Below are positions 28,690-32,000 of a stretch of DNA of 32,000 nucleotides, piece by piece. The position numbers and the translations under genes are program-made. Source of the DNA: Vibrio alginolyticus NBRC 15630 = ATCC 17749 (lineage in GTDB: Bacteria > Pseudomonadota > Gammaproteobacteria > Enterobacterales > Vibrionaceae); assembly GCF_000354175.2 (NCBI RefSeq), contig NC_022349.1:360001-392000 (forward strand), read 5' to 3'. Within the stretch, counting starts at the first letter, position 1; each line of letters opens with the position of its first letter. The notes below the pieces were generated by a model, which had not been told where the DNA came from, made no database searches, and saw nothing but the letters and a program-made list of their open reading frames with translations.

Positions 28690-29443
28690 ACATATGTCGG
28701 TTGGTAGTCGATTATTGCCTCTTTCTTTTGAATGCAAAGCTGGCGAAATCGTACATATCGTTGGGCCTAATGGTTCCGGTAAGAGTACTTTATTGGCTGC
28801 GATTTCTGGTACGTTAAGTCACCGAGACGGTATGAGTGGTGAAGTGTACGTGGGCAACAAAAACTTGCTTACTTTACCGTTGTCAGAGCAAGCTCATGTT
28901 CGAGGTTATTTGTGTCAGCAATCGCGCCCAGCGTTTAATGTTGATGTGTTTCAGTATCTAGCCCTATCTCTGCCGAGTGGCGCTGAGATTGCGGATATCA
29001 AAGTGCGTGATGCCGTCAATATGGTGGTGGAGCTGGTACAACTGCAAGATAAGCTTCATCGCAGTATTCAAACATTATCCGGTGGTGAGTGGCAGCGTGT
29101 CCGATTAGCAGGTGTATGTTTGCAGGTGTGGCGTACCATTAATCCTTTTTCGCAGTTTTTAATTTTGGATGAGCCAGCAGCACCGTTAGATATTGCGCAA
29201 GAGGGTCTGCTTTATCAATTGATTAACGCTATGGCGGCGCAGGGAATTGGAGTATTGGTTGCTAATCACGATCTCAATCGCACATTAAAGCACGCAGATA
29301 AAGTATTGCTGCTTAACAACGGTGTGCTGCACTCATCAGGAAGTGCCGATACTGTGCTAACGGAAGAAGCTCTCGGGGAAGTGTTCAATACTCAAGTCAA
29401 AAAGGTCATTGTAGATGAGCAACCTTATTTAATCTTTGATTAA
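28676..29443 (+). CDS. btuD: vitamin B12 ABC transporter ATP-binding protein
   Basis: Walker A is GPNGSGKS, the signature is [12 protein letters not shown], and Walker B is LILDEP. It overlaps the btuC 3' end by 14 nt. Confidence 0.9.
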   Translation: MMHVKHMSVGSRLLPLSFECKAGEIVHIVGPNGSGKSTLLAAISGTLSHRDGMSGEVYVGNKNLLTLPLSEQAHVRGYLCQQSRPAFNVDVFQYLALSLPSGAEIADIKVRDAVNMVVELVQLQDKLHRSIQTLSGGEWQRVRLAGVCLQVWRTINPFSQFLILDEPAAPLDIAQEGLLYQLINAMAAQGIGVLVANHDLNRTLKHADKVLLLNNGVLHSSGSADTVLTEEALGEVFNTQVKKVIVDEQPYLIFD

Positions 29444-29457
29444 TATTTAGGGACAAT

Positions 29458-29488
29458 AAAAAACGACCTACTTGAGGTCGTTTTTTTT
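29458..29488. terminator. bidirectional Rho-independent terminator (btuD / convergent minus-strand gene)
   Basis: AAAAAA CGACCT acttg AGGTCG TTTTTTTT. Confidence 0.85.
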
Positions 29489-29512
29489 AATCGAGATAGC
29501 CAAACTCAACGC

Positions 29513-30088
29513 TTATTGAGTTAACGGTTTTAGATCTGCAGGGCGGTAGTAAACAGATTTGAGTACTTTGCCTTTACGAATGGTTTTACCTTCCGATACG
29601 AAATCTTCGGCGCATTTCGCGATGATGTATTCACCTTTCTGCACCGCCATCAACTTGATGCCTTGTTCCGCGTAGAATGCTTCTGTTTCTGAGTACTCTT
29701 GCTCGTTACGGCATACTTTGCTCATGTTGCTTGAATGTACTTCATCCCAGCAAGGAATAAATTCGATACCACGGTTTACCGCAACGTTTAATAGAAGATC
29801 AATTAAGTAGCTGATCGCCAGGTTGTCTTCTACTTTGCTGTGGCCAAGATGAACGAGACGTCCCATTAATACATACACGCTGTCTACGATGGCATCTGCT
29901 TGCTCAGTTTTACAATCTGCTTCTGCTAGCTCTGTTAGCTCTTCGATCGCCAAAGAGGTGTGTAGTGTGTCTGCTTGCGTATCAAGGCTTGCAGCGTCTG
30001 CGACTGGTAAGTCGAACGTACTACGGAACTCGGTGATATCACGGTATAAGTGATCAAAAATCTCTTGGGTTAGCTTTGACAGTTGCAT
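29513..30088 (-). CDS. all-alpha NTP pyrophosphohydrolase (MazG-like) domain protein
   Basis: The metal-binding pattern is EELTELAEA...EQADAIVDSVYV. The start is chosen at ATG 30088 (MQLSKLTQEIF...), with ATG 30100 as an alternative. The track start 30256 would overlap the upstream gene. Confidence 0.5.
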   Translation of the reverse strand: MQLSKLTQEIFDHLYRDITEFRSTFDLPVADAASLDTQADTLHTSLAIEELTELAEADCKTEQADAIVDSVYVLMGRLVHLGHSKVEDNLAISYLIDLLLNVAVNRGIEFIPCWDEVHSSNMSKVCRNEQEYSETEAFYAEQGIKLMAVQKGEYIIAKCAEDFVSEGKTIRKGKVLKSVYYRPADLKPLTQ

Positions 30089-30197
30089 TCTAATTTCCAT
30101 TGAATCGATTGAAGCGGCAATGATACCAAACCGCACTTTGAACCCCAAGGGCATTGCATCTAACTGGTGATAAATCTGCCTTTGGGAATGGTGGTGC

Positions 30198-30770
30198 TTA
30201 ACGAAATAGGTAAGGGAACAGCTTTTTACGTTCTTCCTCTGAAAGGGAGGAAACACGAGCGATGTTTGTATCGGGAATGGATTCAGGATCAGGATAGTGT
30301 TTTAGTACCTTTTCCATACTCTCTTCGCGAATCAAATGGAAGATCGGGTAAGGAGAACGATTGGTTAGGTTTTCGTCGTCTTCAGGCCTTGCGCCGCCAA
30401 AACAGTAATCAGGATGGAAAGTCGCTACTTGGAAAACACCTTCCCAGTTTTGTTGCTTAATTAATCCTTCAACCCAATCGATACAAAAGTTGTAGTCCCA
30501 GAAATCTTGTAGCATGTTGGGAACCACAACCAACGTGGTCTCAAGTTGTTCGGGTTCTGTGTTACTCAGCTCAATCAGCTGCAATAAAATATCTTCAAGA
30601 AGCGCTTCTTCTTGAGTCGCTTCACTAACAAAGATTTTGATTTGTTTATTACGTTGCGGTTTGGCAGCAAACGGACAAAGGTTGAGCCCGATTACCACAT
30701 CGTTGAGCCATTGGTTGACCTGTTGAGTGATCGCTTCGATATCTGTGTTTTGTGTTGAACGCGTTGACAT
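30198..30770 (-). CDS. DUF1415 family protein
   Basis: VIGLNLCPFAAKP...ATFHPDY...NRSPYPIFHLIRE resembles DUF1415. The track start 30824 is a TTG codon, so ATG 30770 (MSTRSTQ...) is preferred. Confidence 0.65.
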   Translation of the reverse strand: MSTRSTQNTDIEAITQQVNQWLNDVVIGLNLCPFAAKPQRNKQIKIFVSEATQEEALLEDILLQLIELSNTEPEQLETTLVVVPNMLQDFWDYNFCIDWVEGLIKQQNWEGVFQVATFHPDYCFGGARPEDDENLTNRSPYPIFHLIREESMEKVLKHYPDPESIPDTNIARVSSLSEEERKKLFPYLFR

Positions 30771-30858
30771 ACGACTTTCTGGTTTTATTAAAGTAGCGCA
30801 AGCATAGCAGAGTTGGTTATCCAAGTAACCAGAGAGGTATTACGTAAATGAGCGTACC

Positions 30859-32000
30859 TTAGCTACTCTTTAAACTCGCAGTGTCAGGTGTTTGGTCAGT
30901 ATGCTTTCTTTCGGCAATGTGTTTCAAATACGCAATTGCAGCAAACATTGCTAGGTAGACGGCGCTTCCCCCCATAAGAACACTCGACCAACCTCCATGC
31001 TGCCAACAATAAAGAAGTAAGAATCCTCCTAAGCTACCGCCTACGTAGTAGTGTACTAAGTAGAGCGCTGTCGCGGTGGCTTTGGCACGAGTGGCATTCT
31101 GACCGACCCATCCGTAGGCGAGGGTATGAGTAAAGAAGGCACCAAAACTTATCAACAACAATCCAAATAGCATTGCAGTCAAGCTTTCAACCGCCGCAAT
31201 CCACATCCCCGTCATGCTCACTATCGCGCCTAAGAACATACCGAGGATTGATGAATAACGTTTACTCCAGTGGCCTGCGCAACGAGAGGAGAAAGTCCCT
31301 CCCAAGTAACAAATAAAGATCAGTGAGGCCAACCCGACGGGCACATTGTGAGGTTCACTCACCAGACGGAAACCCATGACGGAGTAAAGGTTGACGAACA
31401 AAGCAAAGTTGAGTCCTCCTATCAGCATCGCGAACCACACGCGTTGGTTTTTAAAATGACCAATAAGCGCACGATTTTGATGGCGCAAGCTGCTTGATGA
31501 CGGGGTGAAGTTGCGCTGTGTTGGCAATAAATAGTGAACGCCAATGACACCAAGAAGAGTGAACACCATCATAACTTCTATGGCGACATCAACACTGAAA
31601 TTGTCCGCCAATAAGCCGCCGCTAATACGCCCTGCAATACCGCCTAGTGAGTTAGCCGCAATGTACGTTCCAATTGCCATCGAGAAAGCGTGCTTGTCGA
31701 GCTCTTCTGCCATGTAAGCCACGGCGACCGCAGCAAAAGCTGCGAGCGCGACACCGATCAGTGCTCGACATACCACCAAAAACAGAAATGAGTCACCAAA
31801 CAGCATCAAAGCGGAAAGGGTAGGAATCGAAAACAGACCAGCCATCATGACTGGCTTTCGTCCCACTGATTCTGACAACACAGCCATTGGAACGAGGCTA
31901 AAAGAGAGAGCGAGTGTTGAGGCCGCAAATAACCAGTTCACTTGCGTTTCTGAGATCGTGAAAATTTGGGCAAAAGTGGGCAGCATTGGCTGTAGTAGGT
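30859..32000 (-). CDS. MFS transporter (YnfM-like), 5' end outside window
   Basis: There are about 11 TM segments. The reading frame stays open upstream of ATG 31986 to the window edge, and TM1 of a typical 12-TM MFS protein is missing. Confidence 0.8.
   Translation of the reverse strand, partial: LLQPMLPTFAQIFTISETQVNWLFAASTLALSFSLVPMAVLSESVGRKPVMMAGLFSIPTLSALMLFGDSFLFLVVCRALIGVALAAFAAVAVAYMAEELDKHAFSMAIGTYIAANSLGGIAGRISGGLLADNFSVDVAIEVMMVFTLLGVIGVHYLLPTQRNFTPSSSSLRHQNRALIGHFKNQRVWFAMLIGGLNFALFVNLYSVMGFRLVSEPHNVPVGLASLIFICYLGGTFSSRCAGHWSKRYSSILGMFLGAIVSMTGMWIAAVESLTAMLFGLLLISFGAFFTHTLAYGWVGQNATRAKATATALYLVHYYVGGSLGGFLLLYCWQHGGWSSVLMGGSAVYLAMFAAIAYLKHIAERKHTDQTPDTASLKSS

Overview
This window reads as a conserved core-chromosome segment of a Vibrio-like gammaproteobacterium. 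The gene order is pheS-pheT / ihfA / relV / tpm / purT / cdd / yohJK / sbcB / cobTSU-cobC / btuCD. From memory, unverified, this matches the V. cholerae chromosome I region around VC1219-VC1243. I support about 30 protein genes, most with clear family signatures, plus many Rho-independent terminators. Several cis-regulatory sites are also readable: a PurR box, CRP/CytR-type cdd promoter architecture, a candidate cobalamin riboswitch and a four-copy palindromic operator. I saw no rRNA, tRNA, CRISPR array, IS element, integrase or phage genes, and I cannot point to an obvious new defence or mobile system. The observations most worth a second look are: (1) a TetR-controlled RND(MMPL)/LolA-like/beta-barrel operon with no adaptor or TolC gene, bracketed by four TGACG-N3-CGTCA palindromes; (2) a RelV-type small alarmone synthetase with a Sec-signal-like N-terminus; (3) a cobT split by a +1 frameshift in a T5 run, behind a candidate B12 riboswitch; (4) an identical 15-bp CRP-like box shared by the cdd promoter and the relV/tpm divergent region; (5) a 15-codon ORF with a near-perfect SD in the cdd/yohK spacer; (6) two genes (yohJ, btuC) whose start codons directly abut terminator hairpins. 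All family calls rest on motif recognition by eye, and no searches were run.
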